A stretch of DNA of 32,927 bases from Candidatus Poseidoniales archaeon (GTDB taxonomy: Archaea; Thermoplasmatota; Poseidoniia; MGIII; CG-Epi1). The notes under the pieces are model-generated. The model searched no databases and was not told the origin of the DNA. It saw only the letters and a list, made by a program, of their open reading frames with translations. The DNA lies in the NCBI GenBank assembly GCA_045567855.1, contig JBJLCC010000022.1, forward strand, positions 1-32,927. The letters are read 5' to 3'. The translations under genes and the position numbers were made by a program. Below are positions 7,965 to 17,362 of the stretch, piece by piece; the stretch's first letter is position 1; every line of letters begins with the position of its first letter.

Positions 7965-8861
7965 ATGCCAAATATAAACTTCAATTGTTCAAATTGTAAT
8001 CAAAATGATAAAATTACCCTAATGGGAGAGGACCAAGGCGTCTTTGAAAGGAAATGTAAAGAATGTGGAATTACTATTGAATTAACTGTTGAAGATAGTG
8101 AATTAAAGAAAACTAAGATAAAGAAAAAATACCAACAAAAAACTAAAACTAAAGTCCCTGGAGACTATAAAAAATATGATTTTAAAGAGAAAGATGTAAA
8201 AAAGAAAGAAACGCACTTTTGGGTCAAAATAATTTCTTTTTTAATTTTGAGTGCATCAATAATGGGATTAATGACTGGAGGTTCTCTTTACTATGCACCC
8301 GAACAATTTAGTGATTCTGAGGATATAAAAATATACTTGATTGTTGAAAATAAAACTGATTATGTTGACAATGCTGTAATACTTGTAGACAATAAAGAAA
8401 CTAATCAGACTTATTCGACAAATGGAACGTATAATTTGTACTTGAAACCTGGAAAATATGAAATAAAAGTAAGTGCTGAAAAGCATAGAACCTCAATTAT
8501 GAATGTTTATATCCCTCCACAAGATTCGGATCTAAGTTTAATTGATTACAGTTCAGGTCTTGAAGGAGTTAATCGTTTTACCTTTGAACTTGAAGAAGGC
8601 GAAGGAAATATTTCTCTAGATGAGAATACATATCTGAAAATGCTTAATTGGTGTCCAATTTTAATTTTATTATTTTCGTTAATAGGCGTTTGGGGATCGT
8701 GGGTTACATACAATTTACAATCTTATAAGAATGCTCAAATTGGAGCCTTTTTTTCAATAATGGCTATGGGATTCTTGATTATAGGGCCGTTATTAGGAAT
8801 TATTGCATTAATCCTACTACCAAAAATCAAAAAACATTTCACCGGTCATTTTAAAAAGTAG
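7965..8861 (+). CDS. Membrane protein with N-terminal zinc ribbon and extracellular beta-sandwich domain
   Basis: CxxC...CxxC (CSNC, CKEC), Lys-rich linker, TM helix, LKPGKYEIKVSA-type domain and C-terminal TM helices. ATG at 7965 is preferred over 7890 because it directly follows the upstream stop. Confidence 0.75.
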   Translation: MPNINFNCSNCNQNDKITLMGEDQGVFERKCKECGITIELTVEDSELKKTKIKKKYQQKTKTKVPGDYKKYDFKEKDVKKKETHFWVKIISFLILSASIMGLMTGGSLYYAPEQFSDSEDIKIYLIVENKTDYVDNAVILVDNKETNQTYSTNGTYNLYLKPGKYEIKVSAEKHRTSIMNVYIPPQDSDLSLIDYSSGLEGVNRFTFELEEGEGNISLDENTYLKMLNWCPILILLFSLIGVWGSWVTYNLQSYKNAQIGAFFSIMAMGFLIIGPLLGIIALILLPKIKKHFTGHFKK

Positions 8862-8878
8862 ATTTTTGAGTTAAGAAG

Positions 8879-10597
8879 GTGGCGCTTAAAGCAGGACTCG
8901 AAATTCATCAGCAATTAAATAGTGGAAAACTATTTTGTAATTGTGATTATAATGAAACTGGAAAAAATTTATTGTTTAAGAGAAAACTGCATGCTACTTC
9001 AAGTGAAATGGGAGAAGTAGATATTGCTGCAAAAACTGAACAGATTAAATTGTTTACTTATTATAATAAAAGCTGTAATTGTCTAATTTATGCTGATGAA
9101 GAACCTCCTAGGGGGCCAAATAAAGATGCTGTTAAAATTGCCTTACAATTTGCTAAGTTGGTCGGAGCAAAGGCTGTTGAAGAAATGCATTTCATGAGGA
9201 AAGTGGTAGTAGATGGATCAAATACGAGTGGATTTCAAAGAACTGGACTAATAGCAACCGGAGGGAAAATCGAATATGATGGAAAAATACTTGAACTTGA
9301 CCAATTATGTCTTGAAGAAGATTCATGTAGACATGGAGATGAAAACCACGAGTATTTACTAGATAGGCTTGGAATTCCTCTTTTAGAAATTACTACCAAA
9401 CCTCAATTGAATGATAGCAAAGATGTGCAAAGTGCTGCAAAGGCAATCGGAAGACTGCTCAGAGCATGTAATGTTAAACGAGGGCTTGGGACAATTAGGC
9501 AAGACGTAAATATTTCAGTAAATAATGGGCAAAGAGTTGAATTGAAAGGATTCCAAGACTTAAGCTCGATGCCAAAGGTAGTCGAAAATGAAGTGAAAAG
9601 ACAAACTACTCTGAATAAAATTAAGAAAGGAGATATTGGCCAAGTAACCCTCGTAAATGATTGTTTTAAAAGTAAAAAAGAATTTGCTCTAGCACTAAAA
9701 ATAGATGACTGGAAAGGCATTTTAGGAAATAAGAATTCTCCAAAAGATCATGTACGGATGGGTAAAGAACTTGCTGATTACGCTAAAAGAGCTGGAATGA
9801 AGGGGATTATGCACAGTGACGAGTTACCTGCTTACGGAATCGACGAAGACGAAACAAATCAAATCAAAAGAACGCTTAAATGCAATGAAAATGATGCATT
9901 CATTCTCATATTTGGTAAAGAAAAAAAAGTTAAGAATGCAATGAATCTAGTAATTGAAAGAATTAAAACTAATGGAGTTCCCGCTGAAGTAAGAAAAGTT
10001 ACTCCTGAAAATCTTACCAAATATTTAAGACCAATGCCTGGCGCATCAAGGATGTATCCTGAAACTGATATTGCACCATTAAAAATTAGTGACATAAAAG
10101 TACCAAAACCTGAAACACTAGATGAAAGAGAAAAAAACTTACCACTTAATGATGAGGAATCAAAACAGCTTGTAAATAGAGATTTAGACGAACAGTTTAA
10201 GTATTTGAATAGTAAATACGAACAACCAAAATTAATCTCCCGTGTTTTACTACATACATTGCCACAATTGAAAGACGAGGGGAAAAATATAATAATTAGT
10301 GATTTAGAAAAAGTTCTAGACTTATTTAAAGATGGAAAACTTGTTAAAGAAGGCATTTCAAATGCACTAATTCAATCAAGTAATAATGAACAAATCCAAA
10401 TTAATAGTGAAAACGTGCACCATGAAGTTCAAGAATTTGTAGATAATTTAATTAAAGACAAAGAGAAATTCATAAAAGAAAGAGGGATGGGAGCTGTCGG
10501 TGCTTTAATGGGTCCTGTAATGTCCCAATTTAGAGGAAAAATGGATGGTGGTGACATAAACAAAATGTTAATGAAGAAAATTAAGGAGCTTCTGTGA
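8879..10597 (+). CDS. gatE: Glutamyl-tRNA(Gln) amidotransferase subunit E
   Basis: GLEIHQQL, DEEPP, RKVVVDGSNTSGFQRT, LDRLGIPLLEITT, KRGLGTIRQDVNISV and RPMPGASRMYPETD motifs; GAD insert and Yqey-like tail. Confidence 0.97.
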   Translation: MALKAGLEIHQQLNSGKLFCNCDYNETGKNLLFKRKLHATSSEMGEVDIAAKTEQIKLFTYYNKSCNCLIYADEEPPRGPNKDAVKIALQFAKLVGAKAVEEMHFMRKVVVDGSNTSGFQRTGLIATGGKIEYDGKILELDQLCLEEDSCRHGDENHEYLLDRLGIPLLEITTKPQLNDSKDVQSAAKAIGRLLRACNVKRGLGTIRQDVNISVNNGQRVELKGFQDLSSMPKVVENEVKRQTTLNKIKKGDIGQVTLVNDCFKSKKEFALALKIDDWKGILGNKNSPKDHVRMGKELADYAKRAGMKGIMHSDELPAYGIDEDETNQIKRTLKCNENDAFILIFGKEKKVKNAMNLVIERIKTNGVPAEVRKVTPENLTKYLRPMPGASRMYPETDIAPLKISDIKVPKPETLDEREKNLPLNDEESKQLVNRDLDEQFKYLNSKYEQPKLISRVLLHTLPQLKDEGKNIIISDLEKVLDLFKDGKLVKEGISNALIQSSNNEQIQINSENVHHEVQEFVDNLIKDKEKFIKERGMGAVGALMGPVMSQFRGKMDGGDINKMLMKKIKELL

Positions 10598-11802
10598 CTA
10601 AGGAAGCTCTAATTTTAGCTGCGGGAAAAGGTAGCCGAATGTGGCCCTTAACTGAGAGCTATCCAAAACCGTTGCTACCTCTGTGTGGCAAGCCAATAAT
10701 TGAACACCAAATTACAGCATTAAGAAATGTTGGCGTGGACAAAATGAATATATTAATTGGACATCGGATGAAAGAAATTTCTGACTTACTTGGGAATGGT
10801 GAAAAATATGATGTTACAATTAATTACATTGTTCAAAACGAGCAAAAAGGGACCGGGCACGCTGTTTCTTTAGCTGAGAAGCATATTGATGGGGCATTCT
10901 TTTGCTTAAATGGAGATACTCTAATTGATGAGGAAAATTTAAATTTATTATCCAAACAAAAAGGTAGTATGGCGATGATGATTACTGATGTTGACGAGGG
11001 TGAAAAATTCGGTGCTGTTAAAACCAAAAATGGCATTCTTGAGTCCATTATCGAAAAAGGAATCAAAGGACCTGCATTAATAAACGCGGGAATATATCTA
11101 TTTAATGAAAAAATATTCCAGTCTTTAAAATCTATTGAGAAATCTGTTAGGGGTGAATTAGAACTAACTGACGCTTTAAAATTAAATGAGATATATACTG
11201 TTAATTATCAAGGCTTCTGGAAAGATGTTGGATCTCCATGGGACTTACTAACTGCTAACGAAGTTTGCATTGATCATATTCAGAATAATATTCAAGGAAC
11301 CGTGGAAGAAAATGTAAGTATAAAGGGCAATATACATGTAGGTGAAAATTCAATAATAAAATCTGGAACTTATATTGAAGGACCTCTTTGGATAGGCGAA
11401 AATTGTGTAATTGGACCTAACGCTTACCTTAGAAAAGGAACTGTATTATATGGAGAAAATAAAGTAGGTGCTTCTTCCGAAATTAAAAATTCAATCTTAT
11501 TTAAAGGTGCAAAGGCACCACACCATAATTACGTAGGAGATTCAATCATAGGAAAAAACTGTAATTTGGGTTCCGGAACTAAAGTTGCAAACTTAAGATT
11601 GGACAAAGAAGAAATATATGTCATTCACAAGGGTAAACGCATGAATACTTCTAGAAGAAAATTAGGAGTAATCATGGGAGATAACGTTGCAACCGGGATT
11701 AATGCATCAATAAATTCGGGTACTATTATTGGAAGTGAAACCAAAATTGGTCCAAATGCCCTAATCTCTGGTACACATGAAAGTAAAAGTTTGATAATAT
11801 AA
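10594..11802 (+). CDS. Bifunctional sugar-1-phosphate nucleotidyltransferase/acetyltransferase (archaeal GlmU-like)
   Basis: LAAGKGSRMWPLT..PKPLLP motif plus hexapeptide left-handed beta-helix repeats and HHNYVGDSIIG. Confidence 0.93.
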   Translation: MTKEALILAAGKGSRMWPLTESYPKPLLPLCGKPIIEHQITALRNVGVDKMNILIGHRMKEISDLLGNGEKYDVTINYIVQNEQKGTGHAVSLAEKHIDGAFFCLNGDTLIDEENLNLLSKQKGSMAMMITDVDEGEKFGAVKTKNGILESIIEKGIKGPALINAGIYLFNEKIFQSLKSIEKSVRGELELTDALKLNEIYTVNYQGFWKDVGSPWDLLTANEVCIDHIQNNIQGTVEENVSIKGNIHVGENSIIKSGTYIEGPLWIGENCVIGPNAYLRKGTVLYGENKVGASSEIKNSILFKGAKAPHHNYVGDSIIGKNCNLGSGTKVANLRLDKEEIYVIHKGKRMNTSRRKLGVIMGDNVATGINASINSGTIIGSETKIGPNALISGTHESKSLII

Positions 11803-12923
11803 TGCACATTCTTCAAGTAACTCCATATTTTTTTCCTCACTTTGGCGGTGTAGAATCTCACGTGCTAGGTCTTTCTGAAAATTTGATAAAAATGGGACAT
11901 GATGTAGAGGTTGTAACATCAAGATATAGTCGCATGCCTGAAACTGAGACTCTTAATGGAATTAGAATAACTCGCTTACCTCAATGGATTAATATGTACA
12001 ATACACCAATCGTGACATCAATAAGGCAATTTGTTAGGAGAACGCATGCTGACATTATACATATTCATTCACCTCCTCCTTTTACTGAAAGATTTGCTGC
12101 TAAGGGCGCTAAAGAAGCTGGAAAACCTTTCGTTGTAACGCATCATTGTGATTTAGAACTAAAAGGTATTTTTGGAAATACTGCTGTAAATTTTTACCAA
12201 AATTTTCTAGGTAAGTTCCCCTTAGAAGAGGCAAATCGTGTGATTTCTACAACTGAAAGTTATGCAACTACATCTCGTACTTTATGGGACACTGACGTAA
12301 CTGTCATACCAAATGCTGTAGACATAAAACGATTTAACCTTGAAAACAAGGGCGAACTTATCCGAGATAAATATTCTATTGGAAATGATCCTCTGGCTCT
12401 TTTTGTTGGAAGATTAGTCCCTCACAAGGGAATTGGAATTCTAATTAGGAGTTTAACTCACACTCCCAATGGTAAATTAATGATTGTAGGAGATGGACCT
12501 TATAAAAAATGGCTAATGAACCTAGTGAAAAAATTGGACCTGAATGAAAGAGTAATTTTTGTTGGGCCTGTTGACGATTATTGGTTACCTTCCTATTATT
12601 CCGCAACGGATGTAGTTATTTTGCCTTCTACTTCGAGGTTAGAAGCATTTGGGATAGTTGGACTTGAAGGAATGGCATCTGGCAAGCCTCTTATTTTAAG
12701 CGATATACCTGGAGTGAGAGATGTCATATCTGAAAAAGAAGGTTACATTGTAGAACCATTAGACCCCAATGCAATTGCTGAAGCCCTCGAAAAAATATGG
12801 AGCGCTCCAGAAATGGCTCGCGAAATGGGAAAAAGAGGGAGAGAGAGAGTTGAGGCGCTTTTTTCTTGGGAAAAAGTTTCTAAAGATGTAGAAGAAGTAT
12901 TTAATGAAATATTAACTAGATAG
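11802..12923 (+). CDS. Glycosyltransferase family 4 (GT-B fold)
   Basis: GGVESHV, FVGRLVPHKG and EAFGIVGLEGMASGKP motifs. Confidence 0.93.
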   Translation: MHILQVTPYFFPHFGGVESHVLGLSENLIKMGHDVEVVTSRYSRMPETETLNGIRITRLPQWINMYNTPIVTSIRQFVRRTHADIIHIHSPPPFTERFAAKGAKEAGKPFVVTHHCDLELKGIFGNTAVNFYQNFLGKFPLEEANRVISTTESYATTSRTLWDTDVTVIPNAVDIKRFNLENKGELIRDKYSIGNDPLALFVGRLVPHKGIGILIRSLTHTPNGKLMIVGDGPYKKWLMNLVKKLDLNERVIFVGPVDDYWLPSYYSATDVVILPSTSRLEAFGIVGLEGMASGKPLILSDIPGVRDVISEKEGYIVEPLDPNAIAEALEKIWSAPEMAREMGKRGRERVEALFSWEKVSKDVEEVFNEILTR

Positions 12924-14646
12924 TTAAGTCCTTATCAATCTGTGAAAGAATATGTTGGTAGGAATCATAGGACTTTCCTTTTTTCTTCAATGCTAAACCT
13001 TTACCATATAATGCTTCAGAACACAATGTATCACATCCTAAGGCTATATCAAAAAAATTGATTGCTCTATTGTAATCCTCCAGTTCAAAAGAAATCCACC
13101 CACCGGTCAAAAAGCCTTCAATATTACTAGGATTATTATCTATAAATTTATTTACGAAGGAAAGTGAATTCTCAAAATTAGATATTTTCAAAAAACATTG
13201 ACTCAATAATAAAAAATGTCTCGGATTCTCATTATCCAAGAATTCTAATGCTAAATGCGGATCATTGTTCATAATCTTTTGAGCTATCAGCTGCTGAGCT
13301 TCTGAGTGTGTCTCTTTAAATATTGAAAATTCTTCTTTTCTTCGAATTATTTCATTAGCTGATAATGTTTTTAACAATAAAATCTTACCCGTAACTGATT
13401 GAGGGTCTATTTCTAAACCTTTCTCTATCAATTCACGAGCATCAGACAAATTATCAAAATCAATCAATACCTGTGCATTTCTAAAATAAGGCCGGCCAGT
13501 CTCCGGAGCGACTGTAATTGCGTTAGAGTATTGACGAAAACCCTCGTGAACTATACCCGCGACTTGTAGAATACGTCCTTTTTCAATCCAGTCCAAGTCT
13601 CTCATTCTATTTCGCGAAAGTACGTCTTGAGCTCTAACTGCTTCATCAAAGCACTGCATAGCTTGCAAGGTATTACCTACTTCCATATTTATGTCTCCTA
13701 AAGCTACCCAGCAGGGTACATGCTGACCATCTACTGACAAACCTACATTGATAATCTGCCTCGCCTTATCATATAGTTTTAAACTTTGGAAACAACGACC
13801 CAAAGCTTCATGATAATCTGGGTCTTCCGAATCTAATTCAATGGAGGTTTCAATAAATTCAAGACCTTCTTCTGGACGTCCTAACCTCGTAAGGGCCCTT
13901 CCTTTCGCCATCCATGCATAATGAAAAGTAGAATCTAACTCGATTGCTATCTCATGATAGTATATTGACTCTTCATATCTATGCAAGTGATCAAGGGCAT
14001 TACCTATGTTATTAACTGCAATAACATACTGATTATCTAATTTCAAAGATTCTTTGTAAAGCTCAATACTTCTTTCATAAAGTCCTTGATTATAATGCAC
14101 ATTAGCTAAATTATTCCAGGCAATTTTGTCACTTGGGTCCAAGTCTACTGCTCTTTGGTAATAATCCTTTGAATCATTTAACCTCCCAGATAACTGAAGT
14201 GTATAACCATAATTATACCAGGCAACTGCATACGTTGGATCTGATTTCATAGACTCATCATAACATCTTAAAGCCTCGTTCCAACGATTTATGTTGAAAT
14301 TTGCAAACCCTCGATTATTCCATGCAGGTGCATTTCTTGGTTCTAATTCTAGAGAATTCGCATAAGCCTCTATGGCATCTTCATATCTTGACAATCTTTG
14401 TAATGAATCTCCTAAACGCATATGGTACCTAGCTACCTCTGGAGCTAATGCACTGGCTTTTTCATAGAAAACTCTGGCCCTATCTGGATAATTACTAGAC
14501 ATTTCTAGCATACCTAGTCTATTATAAATTTGGGGATCTTCTGGAGCAAGTGAAGAAGCTTCTAGAAATTTTACTTTTGCTGAATTATAGTCTCCATTTT
14601 CGTAAAGTTTTTCGCCCTCTTCAACTAAGTCTATGACATCCATCAT
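12916..14646 (-). CDS. Tetratricopeptide repeat protein (576 aa)
   Basis: Many 34-aa TPR units (AWNNRG, AWYNYG, AWNNLA, AWMAKG). Confidence 0.9.
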   Translation of the reverse strand: MMDVIDLVEEGEKLYENGDYNSAKVKFLEASSLAPEDPQIYNRLGMLEMSSNYPDRARVFYEKASALAPEVARYHMRLGDSLQRLSRYEDAIEAYANSLELEPRNAPAWNNRGFANFNINRWNEALRCYDESMKSDPTYAVAWYNYGYTLQLSGRLNDSKDYYQRAVDLDPSDKIAWNNLANVHYNQGLYERSIELYKESLKLDNQYVIAVNNIGNALDHLHRYEESIYYHEIAIELDSTFHYAWMAKGRALTRLGRPEEGLEFIETSIELDSEDPDYHEALGRCFQSLKLYDKARQIINVGLSVDGQHVPCWVALGDINMEVGNTLQAMQCFDEAVRAQDVLSRNRMRDLDWIEKGRILQVAGIVHEGFRQYSNAITVAPETGRPYFRNAQVLIDFDNLSDARELIEKGLEIDPQSVTGKILLLKTLSANEIIRRKEEFSIFKETHSEAQQLIAQKIMNNDPHLALEFLDNENPRHFLLLSQCFLKISNFENSLSFVNKFIDNNPSNIEGFLTGGWISFELEDYNRAINFFDIALGCDTLCSEALYGKGLALKKKGKSYDSYQHILSQIDKDLTI

Positions 14647-15767
14647 TCACCAATTACTTTCTTTAATCTAGCGATAGCAACATCAGTATCTTTTTTTAAT
14701 TTTTCCCACTCGGCACCTCCATGCTCACTGGAATCTGGCTTATGTTCTAATGTAATTTTGTAACTCTCAAGAGCTTCACGTGGTCTATCAAGTAATTCTA
14801 AAGCATAGCCCTTGTTGTGCCAAGCCCAAGCGTATTCCTCCTTCAGTGCTAAGGCCCTTTCGTAACAATCTAAAGATTCTTCTAATCTATTTAATTGCCT
14901 CAAAGTTACACCTCTATTATTCCAGGCACTTCTGTTATTGGGATTAAGTTCGGTTGATGTTTGAAATGCAGTAAGTGCGGCCTTTAGATCTCCAACCCTA
15001 AATAGTGCCTTACCAAGATTGAACCAACAAATGGAGTACTTAGGATTAGAAGCTAAAGCTCTTCGATAACTATCTATTGCCTTATGATTATATCCTAATC
15101 GACTAAGAGCAACACCTCTATCATTGAAAACTATTTCATCGTCAACATTAATACTCTTTTTCAAAGCTTCTGATGCGTCTTTATACTCCTCTAGCTCATC
15201 ATGAGAAATTCCTTTAGCCTTCAAAACCTCATTGTCCCTTGGTCGAAATTCTAAAACTTTATCAAATGATTCAAGTGCCTCTCGATACTTTCCTTTTTGG
15301 TGGTATATTTTGCCTAATTGATAAAGAGCATCTCTATTGTCAGAATCAATTTTTAACAACTTACTAAAGGAAGACATTGAATCTGAGAATTTTCCCATTT
15401 CTTTGTAAATTAATCCTTCCACATAAAGCGATGAAATATTGGTTGAATCTTCTGACAAGGACACTGTAACTGCTTCCAGAGCTTTTTCTAATTCATTCAT
15501 TTTATAGTAACACATCGCGATGTCCTTGAAAAGAATTTGGCGACGCTTAATTTTCTTAGATAACTCTCTTAATATCTCAAGACTATCTAAATATTTTTCT
15601 CTTTTAAAATAGATTTTGGCTAACTCATGATTAAAGCCATTATCTTCCGGCCTTAGCTCTAAAGCTTTCAAAATAGACTTTTCAGCTTTGCCAAAATATT
15701 CCAATTTTTTATAAGAATTTGCCTCTAACTTTAAAGAATTAAGCTGTAATTCTACGCCATCTGCCAC
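14643..15767 (-). CDS. Tetratricopeptide repeat protein (374 aa)
   Basis: About 10 TPR units (CWFNLG, AWNNRG, AWHNKG); GTG start; 4-nt overlap with the downstream TPR gene. Confidence 0.9.
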   Translation of the reverse strand: MADGVELQLNSLKLEANSYKKLEYFGKAEKSILKALELRPEDNGFNHELAKIYFKREKYLDSLEILRELSKKIKRRQILFKDIAMCYYKMNELEKALEAVTVSLSEDSTNISSLYVEGLIYKEMGKFSDSMSSFSKLLKIDSDNRDALYQLGKIYHQKGKYREALESFDKVLEFRPRDNEVLKAKGISHDELEEYKDASEALKKSINVDDEIVFNDRGVALSRLGYNHKAIDSYRRALASNPKYSICWFNLGKALFRVGDLKAALTAFQTSTELNPNNRSAWNNRGVTLRQLNRLEESLDCYERALALKEEYAWAWHNKGYALELLDRPREALESYKITLEHKPDSSEHGGAEWEKLKKDTDVAIARLKKVIGE

Positions 15768-15811
15768 AAGCGAGTATAAACAGGTTATAAAAAAAGTAAA
15801 GGGACAGTGAA

Positions 15812-15838
15812 TTTTATTTAAGTACTAATACCTTAGTA
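15812..15838 (+). promoter_or_regulatory. Putative TATA box plus inverted repeat upstream of the ammonia-lyase gene
   Basis: TTTTATTTA at 15812-15820, then TACTAA-TACC-TTAGTA at 15823-15838, just before the ATG at 15842. Confidence 0.4.
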
Positions 15839-15841
15839 GAA

Positions 15842-17362
15842 ATGTCTGTAGTAATCGATGGAAAAACTTTAACGATTGACAAATTAGTTAAGGTGGCTAG
15901 AAACAAAGCTAATATTTCAGTTTCTAAGGACTCATGGGGAAAGATTAACTCTTGTCGAAAAATGCTAGAGGAAAAAATCAATAATCATGAAATAATGTAT
16001 GGAATAACTACAGGGATTGGTGAATTTTCTGAAGTTACTTTGGATCCTGACCAAACAAATGAATTTCAAAAATTGCTGATATATTCTCATGCTGCAGGAA
16101 TTGGAAAATCAATGGATGTTGAAATTGTAAGGGGAGCAATGTGTGGAAGAATTAATGTACATTCTAAAGGACACTCTGGCGGTAGAAAGGAGATTACAGA
16201 ATATCTTATTGAAACTCTAAATCAAGATTTAACTCCTGTGGTTTGCGAAAAGGGTTCAGTCGGTGCCTGTGGTGATTTATCTCCGATGTCGCAAATAGCT
16301 CTTGCCCTTATGGGAGAAGGGGAAATGATTGTAGATGGGAAGGTTTTTGATTCTAAGAAAGCTTTAAACAAAATTGGTTTGAAACCACTTGAACTGGAAG
16401 CCAGGGATGGACTAGCACTGATTAATGGAAGTAATGTCTTGACAGCATTAGCTGCAATTGTACTATATGATGCTAAAAAATGGATGAAATTACACGATAT
16501 TGCTGCAGCTATGACTTTAGAGGCTTTAATGGCAAATATGAAACCTTATGATAAAAGAATTCATGAATTAAGAGGATTTAATGGTTCACAAATTATAGCA
16601 AATAATCTTAACATACTAACTGAAGATTCCGAGATATTGTTTAGTGGAGGTAAAAAAGTACAAGACGCTTACTCTATGAGGTCCACACCACAAGTTGCTG
16701 GAACTCTAAGAGATTCCATAAATTATGCAGTGAGTCAAGTAGAAATTGAGCTTAACGGAGTTGGAGATAATCCTATATTCTTAACTGATGAGAAAGACGT
16801 ACTAACTGGAGCTAATTTTCAAGGAAGCCCTGTTGCCCTTCCAATGGAAATGGTAGGAACTGGATTAAGTATGGTTGCAGTTTTATCTGAAAGAAGAATG
16901 AATCGACTAACAAATCCGGCCTTATCCGTAGGACTCCCTCCATTTTTAGCTGAAAAACCAGGATTACATTCAGGGATGATGCTTTCTCAGTATACTGCTG
17001 ATGCATTAATTGCCGAAACTAGAATACTATCTCATCCGGCTGCAAACCAATCTATTCCGGCTGCTGCAGATCAAGAAGACTTTGTTTCCATGGGGCTAAC
17101 TACTTCACAAAAAACAAGAAAGATACTAGATAATTGCTACGGCGTCTTAGCCATTGAAATGATGGCTGCAGCCCAAGCGCTTGATATGAGAAAGAAAAGA
17201 ATGGGTAAGGGTACTTCAATAGCTCATCGCATAATTAGAGAGAGTATCGATTATTTGGATCAAGATAGACCTCTTTACAAAGACCATAATAAAATGGTTG
17301 AAATACTAAAGTCTGAGCGAATTATTAAAGAAATTGAACACGAATTAAAAATAAATTTATAA
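15842..17362 (+). CDS. hutH: Histidine ammonia-lyase family protein (MIO-dependent aromatic amino acid lyase)
   Basis: YGITTGIG loop, LIYSHAAG, GSVGACGDL, LALINGS, VQDAYSMR, DNP, QEDFVSMG. The SH motif favours histidine as substrate. Confidence 0.85.
   Translation: MSVVIDGKTLTIDKLVKVARNKANISVSKDSWGKINSCRKMLEEKINNHEIMYGITTGIGEFSEVTLDPDQTNEFQKLLIYSHAAGIGKSMDVEIVRGAMCGRINVHSKGHSGGRKEITEYLIETLNQDLTPVVCEKGSVGACGDLSPMSQIALALMGEGEMIVDGKVFDSKKALNKIGLKPLELEARDGLALINGSNVLTALAAIVLYDAKKWMKLHDIAAAMTLEALMANMKPYDKRIHELRGFNGSQIIANNLNILTEDSEILFSGGKKVQDAYSMRSTPQVAGTLRDSINYAVSQVEIELNGVGDNPIFLTDEKDVLTGANFQGSPVALPMEMVGTGLSMVAVLSERRMNRLTNPALSVGLPPFLAEKPGLHSGMMLSQYTADALIAETRILSHPAANQSIPAAADQEDFVSMGLTTSQKTRKILDNCYGVLAIEMMAAAQALDMRKKRMGKGTSIAHRIIRESIDYLDQDRPLYKDHNKMVEILKSERIIKEIEHELKINL

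Noticed and set aside
9403-11861. Minus-strand ORFs up to 165 aa opposite gatE and the GlmU-like gene
   Set aside because: They are Ser/Phe/Leu-rich antisense shadows arising from codon bias.
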